DNA of 64,000 nucleotides, taken from positions 276 to 64,275 of the forward strand of contig JBOEHD010000029.1 of NCBI GenBank assembly GCA_050633745.1, given 5' to 3'. The notes beneath the pieces were generated by a model. The model made no database searches. It was not told where the DNA came from and worked only from the letters and a program-made list of their open reading frames with translations. A program made the position numbers and the translations under genes. This document shows, piece by piece, positions 18,902 through 28,200 of the stretch. The DNA comes from Acidimicrobiales bacterium (GTDB taxonomy: Bacteria; Actinomycetota; Acidimicrobiia; Acidimicrobiales; SZUA-35). Numbering within the stretch: position 1 is the stretch's first letter; every line of letters starts with the position of its first letter.

Positions 18902-19042
18902 CAGGCCCCGGTACACGGCCTGAAAGGCCCGGTACACGGCCTAACAGGCCCCGGTACACCGCCTGAAAGGCCCCGGTACACCGCCTAACAGGCCCCGGTA
19001 CACGGCCTGAAAGGCCCCGGTAAACCGCCTAGCAGGCTGGCC
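18899..19042. repeat. Tandem array of about 6.5 units of 22 nt (alternating two subtypes, so a 44-nt super-period), each a GC-rich hairpin; resembles REP/BIME elements
   Basis: Units lie at 18899-18920, 18921-18941, 18942-18963, 18964-18985, 18986-19007 and 19008-19029, with a degenerate partial unit to about 19042. The consensus is T(A/G)A(C/A)AGGCCCCGGTACAC(C/G)GCC. Each unit has a CAGGCC...GGCCTG or AGGCC...GGCCT stem. Units begin with TAG, TGA or TAA. Confidence 0.9.
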
Positions 19043-19128
19043 GATTCGTATAGAACAAAAAGCTTGGGCGTGCTAACTTTCTATTTGCATTAGAGAAGTG
19101 ACACACAACGCGATCGAGGGAACCGTTG

Positions 19129-21690
19129 ATGAGTCTGCCGCTCGTGGTTGCCGGACCCGTTTTACGGCGGGTTGAACCAAATTTGGTCACGGTCTGGGTC
19201 GCACTCAGCCGCCCAGGCGACGTGCATATTTTTGTGCATCTGGGCTTGCAAGACGCCGCAAATATCCAGGGCGAGGTGGTCTTCTCGTCCATGGCGGCCA
19301 CGAGAGCCATCGGACAGAATCTCCATGTGGCCACGGTCAGCGCCACACCCGACACCAGCCCAGTCGATCCGCTTGACCCAACCAATGCGCTGGCCCCGAA
19401 CACGACCTACTCATATAACTTGGTCGTGTCGGAACCGGATGGCTCGCTCCACAGTCTCGAATCCATGGATCTGCTGGTTGATGAGGTCGACCTGGCGAAC
19501 CGGCTAGACGGGGTTGCGCCAGAGGCACCGATGAACCTGGCGTTGGGATATGCCGATGGCCAGCTGCCGAGCTTCCGCACCTGCCCGGTAGACCTCGAAG
19601 ATCTGGTGCTCGTTCAGGCCGGTTGCCGCAATACCGGCTCAAGTGAACAAGACGCTGCCGGGTGGATTGACAAGGTAATCGGCGACAACATCGCCGACGA
19701 CGGGCGGCCCCATCAGCTGTTGATGACCGGCGATCAGATTTACGCCGACTCGGCCAACACTCTCATTCTCCCCATGATGAACGAGATCGGGGCCGAGCTC
19801 CTAGGCCACACCGAGACGCTGATGGTTGTCGATACCGAGGTCCCGGTCACACTGGGAAACTTTCCTGCATACCGCCGAGGCTGGCTCTGCAAAGATCGCG
19901 CCGGCTTCACAACGGGATCAGCCAATCACGTTCTTAGCTTCGGCGAGTTTGCTGGTGCATACTGTCTGGCATGGAATCCGTCGATCTGGCGCAAGCTACC
20001 GGAGCTCGATGAGATTTTTACCGAAAACGATGGCTCTCCCGATTCGGCTATCGAAGCTGACCTCACACCGTGGGACGAATTCAAGAGGAAAAAGAAGGGC
20101 AGCGATGAGCTGATAAGCGACGAAGAATGGGTCGCTCGCAAACAAAAACGTTATGACGGATGGAAGGCTGGTCTCGAAATGTATCGGGCCACCATTCCCC
20201 AAATTCGGCGGGCGATGGCCAACTGCCCCACCTACATGATCTTCGACGATCATGAAGTCACCGACGATTGGAACATGTCCCGGCAGTGGACACATCGGGT
20301 CTACAGCACACCGCTCGGGCGACGGGTGCTCCGCAATGCGTTGAGCGCCTATGCCTACTTCCAAGCATGGGGTAACGACCCGGTCGCCTGGTCCGGTGGA
20401 AGTAAGAAGGTGCTGCTCGACAAGATCGTTGAGGCTTGGGAGGAGCCCGGGGTTGATGAATACCCCGAGGCGCTGGCGGCCCAAGACATCGACGTCGCCC
20501 TCGGCCTTCCGACCAAGTTCCCCACCGGTATTGAGCCTGTCACCTGGCACTACAGCGTCGAGGCTCCAGCCCACCGGCTGGTGGTTATAGACACCAGAAC
20601 AAAGCGCACATACGCAACCCACGTCGGACCTGCCCGGCTACTGGGCACTTCACTCAACACCATGGTCCCGAGCAAGCCGGAGGGTGACGAGCGGTTGCTG
20701 ATTCTGATGGCCGCCCAGCCGCCGTTGATGCCTGCACTGTTCGATCAGATAGCTCAGCCGCTGGGAACAGCCGTGGTCGACATGTTGAATCAGGCTCAGA
20801 TCGAAGCCGGTCGCCGTGAGGGCGAGGTCGTTGCCGCCCACGAGCTGGAAAGCGGTGGCGAGAAGCTCGAAGCCGAGTCGTGGGGGCTGGAAGAGTTTGG
20901 GCTCGAACAGCTTCTGGCGCGGTTAGCGGGCTACAAACGAGTGGTCATCCTGTCTGGCGACGTGCACTTCTCCTGCGCCCTGTCGTTGGACTACTGGAAG
21001 AAAGGTTCGGCAACTCCGGCCCGCTACGTGCAGCTGATTATGAGCCCGTCCCGCCACCAGTGGCCCGACATGGTTCACGACCTGATGCGCACCACGTCGT
21101 TGAGCGAACGATTCGCCCAGCTGGGTCACCCCGCTGAACGATTGGGTTGGAGTAGCAGCGACAAAACGCCGCTGGCCCCTCAGGCTCCGCCGGGCATTGC
21201 GGCTAGGGCGGCGCGCTCGCCCGCGCTACTTCCGGCAAAGGGGTGGCCTGAAGGCACGACCCTACGCGATGACCCCGATTGGACATGGCGAATGGACCTC
21301 GTTGCCGACACCAGGCTCGAATCGGAGCGCCCGCCATCGATTCGCCTTCCGGCTCTCCCCGTCACCGACCTCGACGAACCAAATCCGGCCGACCCCATCA
21401 GCAGCTACTACGCGTTGGCCGCAACCCACCAACAACAGACAACCAGGCAGTTCAGTCATCTGCGGCGACTTGTCTTCCCTACCGCCATCGGCATCGTTAC
21501 CTTCCCAAAGCCCGACCCCGACGGCGAGCATCAGGTTCGACACGACATCTGGACCGCCAACCCCGACGATCCCTCGGAGGTCAACCTGGTCGTTGGCACC
21601 GGGGAACCGAACACGGTTCACGTCATCGATCTAGCACCGACCACCGACCCTCAACCTGGCTTGCAAATCGGCAGCCCGGGAGTGCACTGA
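19129..21690 (+). CDS. PhoD-like metallophosphoesterase (853 aa), first gene of the giant operon; no signal peptide
   Basis: Motifs TGDQIYAD (19729-19749), FDDHEVTDDW (DDHE at 20245-20256) and LSGDVHFS (GDVH at 20956-20967), plus an upstream AGCRN Cys, fit the PhoD / calcineurin-like phosphoesterase pattern. GAGGG lies 8 nt before ATG 19129; TTG 19126 is also possible. Confidence 0.75.
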   Translation: MSLPLVVAGPVLRRVEPNLVTVWVALSRPGDVHIFVHLGLQDAANIQGEVVFSSMAATRAIGQNLHVATVSATPDTSPVDPLDPTNALAPNTTYSYNLVVSEPDGSLHSLESMDLLVDEVDLANRLDGVAPEAPMNLALGYADGQLPSFRTCPVDLEDLVLVQAGCRNTGSSEQDAAGWIDKVIGDNIADDGRPHQLLMTGDQIYADSANTLILPMMNEIGAELLGHTETLMVVDTEVPVTLGNFPAYRRGWLCKDRAGFTTGSANHVLSFGEFAGAYCLAWNPSIWRKLPELDEIFTENDGSPDSAIEADLTPWDEFKRKKKGSDELISDEEWVARKQKRYDGWKAGLEMYRATIPQIRRAMANCPTYMIFDDHEVTDDWNMSRQWTHRVYSTPLGRRVLRNALSAYAYFQAWGNDPVAWSGGSKKVLLDKIVEAWEEPGVDEYPEALAAQDIDVALGLPTKFPTGIEPVTWHYSVEAPAHRLVVIDTRTKRTYATHVGPARLLGTSLNTMVPSKPEGDERLLILMAAQPPLMPALFDQIAQPLGTAVVDMLNQAQIEAGRREGEVVAAHELESGGEKLEAESWGLEEFGLEQLLARLAGYKRVVILSGDVHFSCALSLDYWKKGSATPARYVQLIMSPSRHQWPDMVHDLMRTTSLSERFAQLGHPAERLGWSSSDKTPLAPQAPPGIAARAARSPALLPAKGWPEGTTLRDDPDWTWRMDLVADTRLESERPPSIRLPALPVTDLDEPNPADPISSYYALAATHQQQTTRQFSHLRRLVFPTAIGIVTFPKPDPDGEHQVRHDIWTANPDDPSEVNLVVGTGEPNTVHVIDLAPTTDPQPGLQIGSPGVH

Positions 21691-24600
21691 TGAGCGACCC
21701 TCCACCGCAGGTCATCGACGACGAAGTTCCACCGATCCCCAAACCGGTGAAGAAGCAGAAGGACCCGGGTTGGTGGCAACACGTCACCGGGTGGTTCGTC
21801 GACGCCTACGACTGGCTCGAGAAGCTCATGACCGACCCGGAGGCCGTTCGCATGCTGCAGGCCGACCTTGGTCTGGCGGTCACCGAGTTCGAACCCGGCG
21901 AGCACCCGCCGCTACTAGAGCTACAGGGTCTGCGAGCGTTCGCTGAGGGGACCGACGTAACCGCCGAAGCGATCGCCGCCACCGTTGAGCAGTGGACGGT
22001 GGTTATCGAAGCCGCTCTCTCTCTGGTCTCGGTTCTCGACGATGACGCCGAAAACGACGATCAGGTTTGGGAACTGTTCCGTAAGATCCTGGCGATTTAC
22101 GCCACCGAGACCGTGCGGGCTCGCGATCCGCTGTCCCATTCGATTTTCAAGATGGCCGGGGTATTCACCGAGCAGTTTGGCCACGTCGACCGGCTCGATA
22201 TCGACCGCTTCGCCGATCTGTTCGCCGATCGAAGCTACTCGGCCTGGGATTGGAATGGATTCGACTCGTACCGGGCCACCCAGTTCTCCGACCTGTTCAC
22301 GTTCGTGTTCCAACAGGTCCTGATGAACGTGGTCGGGATACTGCCGGGCTGGATCGACAGCTACTACGGCTGGGATACCCCGCCAGATCAGATGTTCCGG
22401 CAACTTCCACCGGACCCTGCCGATCCGACGGCACCACCGGAACTGGTCAGGCGAGCCGACACCGGCGCTCTCGAGCGCATGTGGACTGTCTTCTTCCGAT
22501 CCGATCCGAACAACCTGAACTCGGGCGGCCTACTGCTGACCTTCGCGTTGGTCCCCGAAGAGCACGGCGGCCCCGGCATCGTGCTTTCGCTTGGGGGCAC
22601 CATCAACCTGTCGCAGGTCATCGATGACCATACGCTCAGTATGCGCACGACGTCGGCCGGGGCGCTCAACGCCTTTATTGGCTTCACCGACGAGGCAAAA
22701 GACTCGGAGTTCGACACAAGTTTTGGTGACCTGAACCAGACGGTCGACATCGCCTACCGTCCGCTGCCTGCACAGCCTGGCCAGGCCGACGAGCCGCGCA
22801 AACCTGCGATCCTGATCGGCAGCTCCGATGGTGTCCACATGGAGATCCAGCAGCTTGGGATCGGGGCGCAAATACAGTCGGATCTCCTCGCCGCTCAGCT
22901 CGATCTGATCGACGGCAAACTTGTCGTGCCTAAGGGATCGAACTCGCTACTCGATCAGCTGATCCGTAAAGACCTCTCGCTGGAGTTCGAACTCGGTCTT
23001 CGTCTGGACAACCACAACGGTTTACACCTGACCAATGGCAGCGGGCTTCATACCCTGGTGCCGCTGAACCGGACCGTCTTCGGCGTCACCGTTCACTACG
23101 TAGAAGTCGGATTCCAAGCGCCTCAGAACAAGAGCCAGGCCCTGGAGTTCTTCGCTACCACTGCGGTCTCGGTCCAGTTCGGATCGTCGGTGAAGGCCCT
23201 GGCCGAACGCTTCGGCTACCGCCAATTCGTGACCTGGGGCGACGGCAATCGCAGCTTCGACAGCGGCTTCCAACCGCCAAAGGGTATTTCCATCTCGGTA
23301 AACGCCGGAGCGGTGAAGGGAGGCGGCTACCTCTTCATCGATCCAGACAAGAACGAATACCGTGGCGTGTTCGAGCTGACGTTCTCCAAGTTCGCCCTCA
23401 AGGGAATCGGGATTCTCACCACCGAGGTGCCGGGCCGTCCCGGCGACTGGGCCCTCATCGCCCTGATCACCTTCGAGTTCCCGCCCTGGGGTCCGATTGC
23501 CGGCGTTGGCGGCATTCTCGGAGTACACCACGGGCTGTCGATTGAGAAGCTGCAGTCCGGCATCCGTACCGGCGTGCTCGATTCGATTCTGTTCCCCAAG
23601 GATCCGACCGCCAACCCGGCCCAGGTCATCAACCATATCCGGACCGTGTTCCCGCTCACTCCCGGTGCGCTGACCATCGGGCTGATGCTGAAGCTCACCT
23701 TCGGCGGTGGGGCGCTCCAGGTCCTGCTCGGTCTGCTGGTGCAGTGGGACAACGCCATCGGCAACGGCGACGGCTCGGCCAGCCTCAGCCGCATGAGCGT
23801 GATCGGCAGGTTGCAGATAACCGTGCCGGCCGAGGCAAAAAAGCCGAAGGTCAAGATCATCCTCGACGTCGCAGGGAGCTACGACTTCCCAGGGCGGCTG
23901 CTCTCGATCGACGGCAGGCTACGCAACTCAAAACTCGGTTCGTTCTCCATCACCGGTACCGGATCCGCCAGGCGGCAGGATCACGTGGCGCCCGCTCCAG
24001 GCGTCCAGGAGCGGTTGCCGTCGCAGGTGGTGACCATCGGCGGCTGGCACCCTCGTTTCAAAGATATCCCTGCTGGCATTCCAAAGCAGGACCGGTTCGG
24101 CTTCTCGCTGAAGAGCAAGAAGGGGGCCAAGACCAAGTACGAAGTGTCGGTCAAGGCGTACTACGCCGATACCCCGAACACCCGCCAGATCGGGATCGCA
24201 GCCAAGGCCAAGGTGTCACGCTGGGGCTTCACCCTCGAAGCCTGGCTCAGCTTCGACGGCATCTGGTACACCAATCCCGACTACTTCGAACTCGACTTCA
24301 AGATTGGGGCATCGGTCAAGAAGGGCAGCCGCACCCTCATGACCGTCGACCTTGAAGTTCACCTTCTGGGTCCCGGCTACTGGATTCTCAGCGGCAAAGC
24401 GAAGGTCAAGGTTCTCTTCTTCTCCAAGACCATCTCGTTCCACGAAGAGTGGGGCACCGGTCTGCCGCCGACGACCGAAGAAACCGATGTCGAAGCTCAG
24501 CTTGAGGCAGCGCTGCAGGATCCCCGGAACTGGAACGCCGAACTACCGTCGAGTTCAGAAATGCTGGTCACCCTTCGAGGTACCTCGGCGGCAGGCGAAG

Positions 24601-25226
24601 TGCTGTCTCACCCATTGGGAGGACTGTCGTTCACCCAGCAGGTCGTACCGCTGGGGATCGAAATCGACCGACTGGGGGCGTTCGTACCAAGCGGCGCTTC
24701 CCGCTTCGAGATCACCGATGTGACGGTCGGCGGCAACCCCGAAACCACGGTCCCGCTGACCTCGTACTTCTCTCGGTCCGAGTTCCTCGATCTGACCAAT
24801 GAAGAAAAGCTCACCCTGCCTTCGTTCGAAGCGATGGAAGCGGGGCACCGGATCACGGTGGACGAGGACGGGCTCTCATCAGAACGGGTCAGCGCTGAAC
24901 CGGGCTACGAAGTGAAGTACCGGGGCAGGCCAACCCCGAAAGTACCGCGACCCCCACGGACCCATGTGTCGGTGGCGTTTGAGATGGTGTCGAGCCGAGC
25001 AAAGATGAAGACGACCTCTGGCAAACGCATCGGCCGGAACCACTTCGCCGGTCGGGCGGCGACCGCCAAGGTCCGGGTTGTTGACCCACCGTTGGCCATC
25101 GCCACCACCGACACCTTCGAACAGGTGGAGGGGGTCGTCGCCGGCTCCCACACCGCAGCTGGCCAAGCCATCACCGACCCGAAACACCAGGTGGTCGAGG
25201 CTCATGAGTTGGAGACGGTGTCGTGA
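21690..25226 (+). CDS. Giant-operon protein 2 (1178 aa), unknown function; central Gly/hydrophobic beta-rich region
   Basis: ATG 21690 overlaps the upstream stop by 1 nt (TGATG) and GGGAG lies 7 nt upstream. The composition looks protein-like throughout. I found no catalytic, P-loop, signal-peptide or known-family motif. It vaguely resembles a domain of unknown function I recall from large actinobacterial proteins (possibly DUF6603; unverified). Confidence 0.8.
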   Translation: MSDPPPQVIDDEVPPIPKPVKKQKDPGWWQHVTGWFVDAYDWLEKLMTDPEAVRMLQADLGLAVTEFEPGEHPPLLELQGLRAFAEGTDVTAEAIAATVEQWTVVIEAALSLVSVLDDDAENDDQVWELFRKILAIYATETVRARDPLSHSIFKMAGVFTEQFGHVDRLDIDRFADLFADRSYSAWDWNGFDSYRATQFSDLFTFVFQQVLMNVVGILPGWIDSYYGWDTPPDQMFRQLPPDPADPTAPPELVRRADTGALERMWTVFFRSDPNNLNSGGLLLTFALVPEEHGGPGIVLSLGGTINLSQVIDDHTLSMRTTSAGALNAFIGFTDEAKDSEFDTSFGDLNQTVDIAYRPLPAQPGQADEPRKPAILIGSSDGVHMEIQQLGIGAQIQSDLLAAQLDLIDGKLVVPKGSNSLLDQLIRKDLSLEFELGLRLDNHNGLHLTNGSGLHTLVPLNRTVFGVTVHYVEVGFQAPQNKSQALEFFATTAVSVQFGSSVKALAERFGYRQFVTWGDGNRSFDSGFQPPKGISISVNAGAVKGGGYLFIDPDKNEYRGVFELTFSKFALKGIGILTTEVPGRPGDWALIALITFEFPPWGPIAGVGGILGVHHGLSIEKLQSGIRTGVLDSILFPKDPTANPAQVINHIRTVFPLTPGALTIGLMLKLTFGGGALQVLLGLLVQWDNAIGNGDGSASLSRMSVIGRLQITVPAEAKKPKVKIILDVAGSYDFPGRLLSIDGRLRNSKLGSFSITGTGSARRQDHVAPAPGVQERLPSQVVTIGGWHPRFKDIPAGIPKQDRFGFSLKSKKGAKTKYEVSVKAYYADTPNTRQIGIAAKAKVSRWGFTLEAWLSFDGIWYTNPDYFELDFKIGASVKKGSRTLMTVDLEVHLLGPGYWILSGKAKVKVLFFSKTISFHEEWGTGLPPTTEETDVEAQLEAALQDPRNWNAELPSSSEMLVTLRGTSAAGEVLSHPLGGLSFTQQVVPLGIEIDRLGAFVPSGASRFEITDVTVGGNPETTVPLTSYFSRSEFLDLTNEEKLTLPSFEAMEAGHRITVDEDGLSSERVSAEPGYEVKYRGRPTPKVPRPPRTHVSVAFEMVSSRAKMKTTSGKRIGRNHFAGRAATAKVRVVDPPLAIATTDTFEQVEGVVAGSHTAAGQAITDPKHQVVEAHELETVS

Positions 25227-28200
25227 CCTACCGCTATCTTCCCTGGGTACGTCGAGGACTGGCGGCATCCATAACCAACCCGGACACGCTCGACGATCGC
25301 ACCGCCGCGACCGCTTCATTCGAAGTGGCGACGACGATCAACAACGCCGCCGATCCGGTAACCACCCCGCTGCGGTTGAACGGGCCGGGCGATGTGACCG
25401 GCGTCGATACCAGGGTGATCACCAGGACCGATCCGGAACGGTTCGTCGCAGACTTCGAGCCGAACAATCTGGCAACCATCGAATTCGACCAACCCGACTT
25501 CCCCTGGATGTTCACCCCGGCCAAGGCAAACGCTCAGGGCCGTCTGCGGCCGTGGCTGGTGCTGGTGGTCGTCGAAAATCATCAGGGAGTCTCGATCTCG
25601 GTGCGAGGCGATTCGCCGCTGCCGGTGCTCGACATCGGTTCTCCGGCGGTGGCCGCAGACGAACTGCCGAACCTCGCCGACTCCTGGGCCTGGGCTCACG
25701 CTCAGGTGATAACCGAAAACGACAACATGGGCGAGATCGCCGACGAAATAGCCACCGGTGACGAGCTCAATCTTGCTCGGCTGTTCTGCCCCCGTCGGCT
25801 GCAACCAAATCGGCGATACTTCGCCTGCCTTGTCCCTGCGTTCGAGGTTGGCCGGATCGCCGGCACCGGTGGGACACCCGACCCCGCCATCGACCTCGCT
25901 CCGGCCTGGGACTTCACAAACGGCTCGCGTGCGGTGAGCCTGCCGGTCTACTTTCACTGGGAGTTCGGCACAAGCAGCGGCGGAAGCGACTTCGAAGACC
26001 TCGTCGATCGCTTGCAAGCCCGCGAGCTCGACGAGAGTGCCGGAACGGTAGCGATGGCTGTCAACGATCGGTTGCTTGGCGCCCAGGACGACAGCTCGAC
26101 ATCGGTGTTGGGATTGGAGGGTGCGCTGAGACCGATCTCCACCGCCGCCCAAACGATCGCCGATGTACCCCAGCAGATCCAGGCCGCCCTGCGGCAGCGG
26201 CTCAATGCCTCAAGCGAAGGGCTCACCGGTGGTACGCCCGAGGACGAGCCACCTATCGGTCCCCCAATATATGGTGCCTACCACGCCGCAACTCACGAGG
26301 TCGGCCAGCGGGCAGGACCTCAATGGTTGGACCAGCTCAACCTGGATCCCCGTCTGCGGGTGGCTGCAGCCCTTGGGGCCTCGGTGGTTCGTGACCATCA
26401 AGAGGAGCTGATGGATGAGGCGTGGGCCCAAGTGGGAGACGTGATAGCGGCCAATAACGTACTCAACCAGGCAGCTCTTTCTGAGGCTGCGGCCGCCAGC
26501 GCTTTCAAACGGAACATCGAACCTCTGCGGGACGATCGGCTATTCACCGTCACCTCCCCTGCGCATCGCAGAACCGCCGACGGCAGAGGCACGATTAGAC
26601 GCACCACCGATCGCAGCCGTCTGCCAAACGCCACCACCGATCCGGCGTTTCGACGGGCGACGTCACCGCAAAATCGGGCCCTCAAGCGGGCGGCACGCCG
26701 ACAGGGTTCCGCCACCCACGATGCCGGTTCGGTCGATGAGGCGATTGTCGCCAGGATCGACGACGGATCGCTACCGCTTGAGGATTTCAGCACCGTCCCT
26801 GACGGGATCTCCCCAACCGAAGCGCTCCAAGAACTGGCAATCGGAGGAGCCGTGGTCGATATGTCTCCGATCGGCGGCGTCGGTTCGGTGCCCAGCGCTT
26901 TGGTGCAGCTGACGATGGCCGAGGCTCGCAACATCGGAGACGGCGCCGGGAAGGATCTACCGCTCGCCCCCAGAGCAGACCTTTTCGAAAGCGGACTATT
27001 GACCGATGCCCATATCGGTGGGGTGAGCGAGGCGTTGGGCCGCAACAAGTCACAGCTGCTGGCCAGAGTGGCTGAGACCATAACCACGTTGCGAGCCGGG
27101 GCCGGAGACACCGGGATCGAACTGGTGATCGGGCCGGAGGGCGTGTTCCCCCGACCGGGCAAACTCGGCCTCGACCCAGAACCAGATGACAGCAGCAGAA
27201 CCGGCGATGACAAGACCGTCGACGACACAACAGACGATGGCAAGAGCCGCGGTAAGTTCCTACCGTTCCCCGACCGCTCCCAACAAACGACCAGAGCATT
27301 CGGTCGGGCACTCACCGAATTTTCTAGGGCATTCGAAGGCAGGCTGTCCGACGATGAGGGCGATCGCCTGGACCTTGGCGGGCTGCGGGGCGATCTCCTG
27401 CGGGCAAACAACCCGACAGCGGTAGCGATCAGAAGAACAAAGAGCCGGGTAGACCGTGGAACTGAGGAGCCAAACGAACCGTTCGACCCGATCATGGCTT
27501 CGCCGCAGTTCCCGACTCCCCTGCACCAGGCTCTTGCCGACAAGTCCCGAGATCATTTCCTACCGGGCATAGGCGACTTGCCGCCAAACTCGTTTGTCAT
27601 CGTCGAAACCAACAACCGCTTCGTCGAGTCGTTCCTGGTCGGCGCCAACCATGAGATGAATCACGAACTGCTGTGGCGGGAGTACCCGACCGACCGACGC
27701 GGCACCCCCTTCCAACACTTCTGGAACCGATTCGACGGATCTCCAGACATCGACGAGATCCATACCTGGAACCCTCCGCAATCGATCGGCGAAAATCAGC
27801 TGGGTGGTCTTGGCAACCAGATCGTGCTCCTGATTCGGGCCGAGCTGCTGCAGCACTACCCGAATACCATCATCTACGCCGCTCCGGCTCAGCCGGGAAA
27901 CTTCGAACTCGACACCAACCCGAGCCGCCGCGTCGACCCGACGATGATCGGGCGACTCGACCCAGACGTGACCTTCGTGATGCTGCCGATCAACAAGGAG
28001 CAGCTGCTGGAGGGCGCAGGCCACTACATCGTGTTCCAAGAACAACCGACCGAATTGCGCTTCGGTCTCGACAGTCCGAGTTCGCAGCAACCTGACCTCG
28101 CGGCCCTAGCCGACTGGAACGATCTGACATGGGGCCACGCAGATACCGCAGCGGGGCAACATCTGTCGATTGGTGGCAACCAGGTAGAGACGGTGGCCGC

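Noticed and set aside
18899-19042. Whether the 22-nt tandem array could be a CRISPR array.
   Set aside because: The units are contiguous with no unique spacers, the period is too short and no cas genes are present. It is a tandem hairpin repeat.
21279-21689. The 137-codon N-terminal extension of the 1315-aa ORF (track start 21279).
   Set aside because: It overlaps the C-terminus of the PhoD-like gene in another frame. It is Arg/Pro/Ser-rich and non-protein-like. The in-frame ATG at 21690 gives a TGATG junction with a GGGAG RBS, so I start the gene at 21690.
26398-27543. A 381-aa minus-strand ORF antisense to giant-operon protein 3. The same class includes 25316-26152, 3394-4557, 13060-14217, 15266-16039, 18070-18840, 36386-37327, 40820-41674, 44613-45500 and 46342-47223.
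   Set aside because: These are typical GC-rich shadow ORFs. Their composition is Ser/Arg/Pro/Gly-dominated with no motifs. Each is fully nested opposite a gene with strong family motifs.
27650-27667. Treating HEMNHE as firm proof of a metalloprotease.
   Set aside because: One HExxH in about 5,000 aa can arise by chance, and no third ligand or Met-turn could be identified by eye. I kept it only as a hypothesis in the findings.
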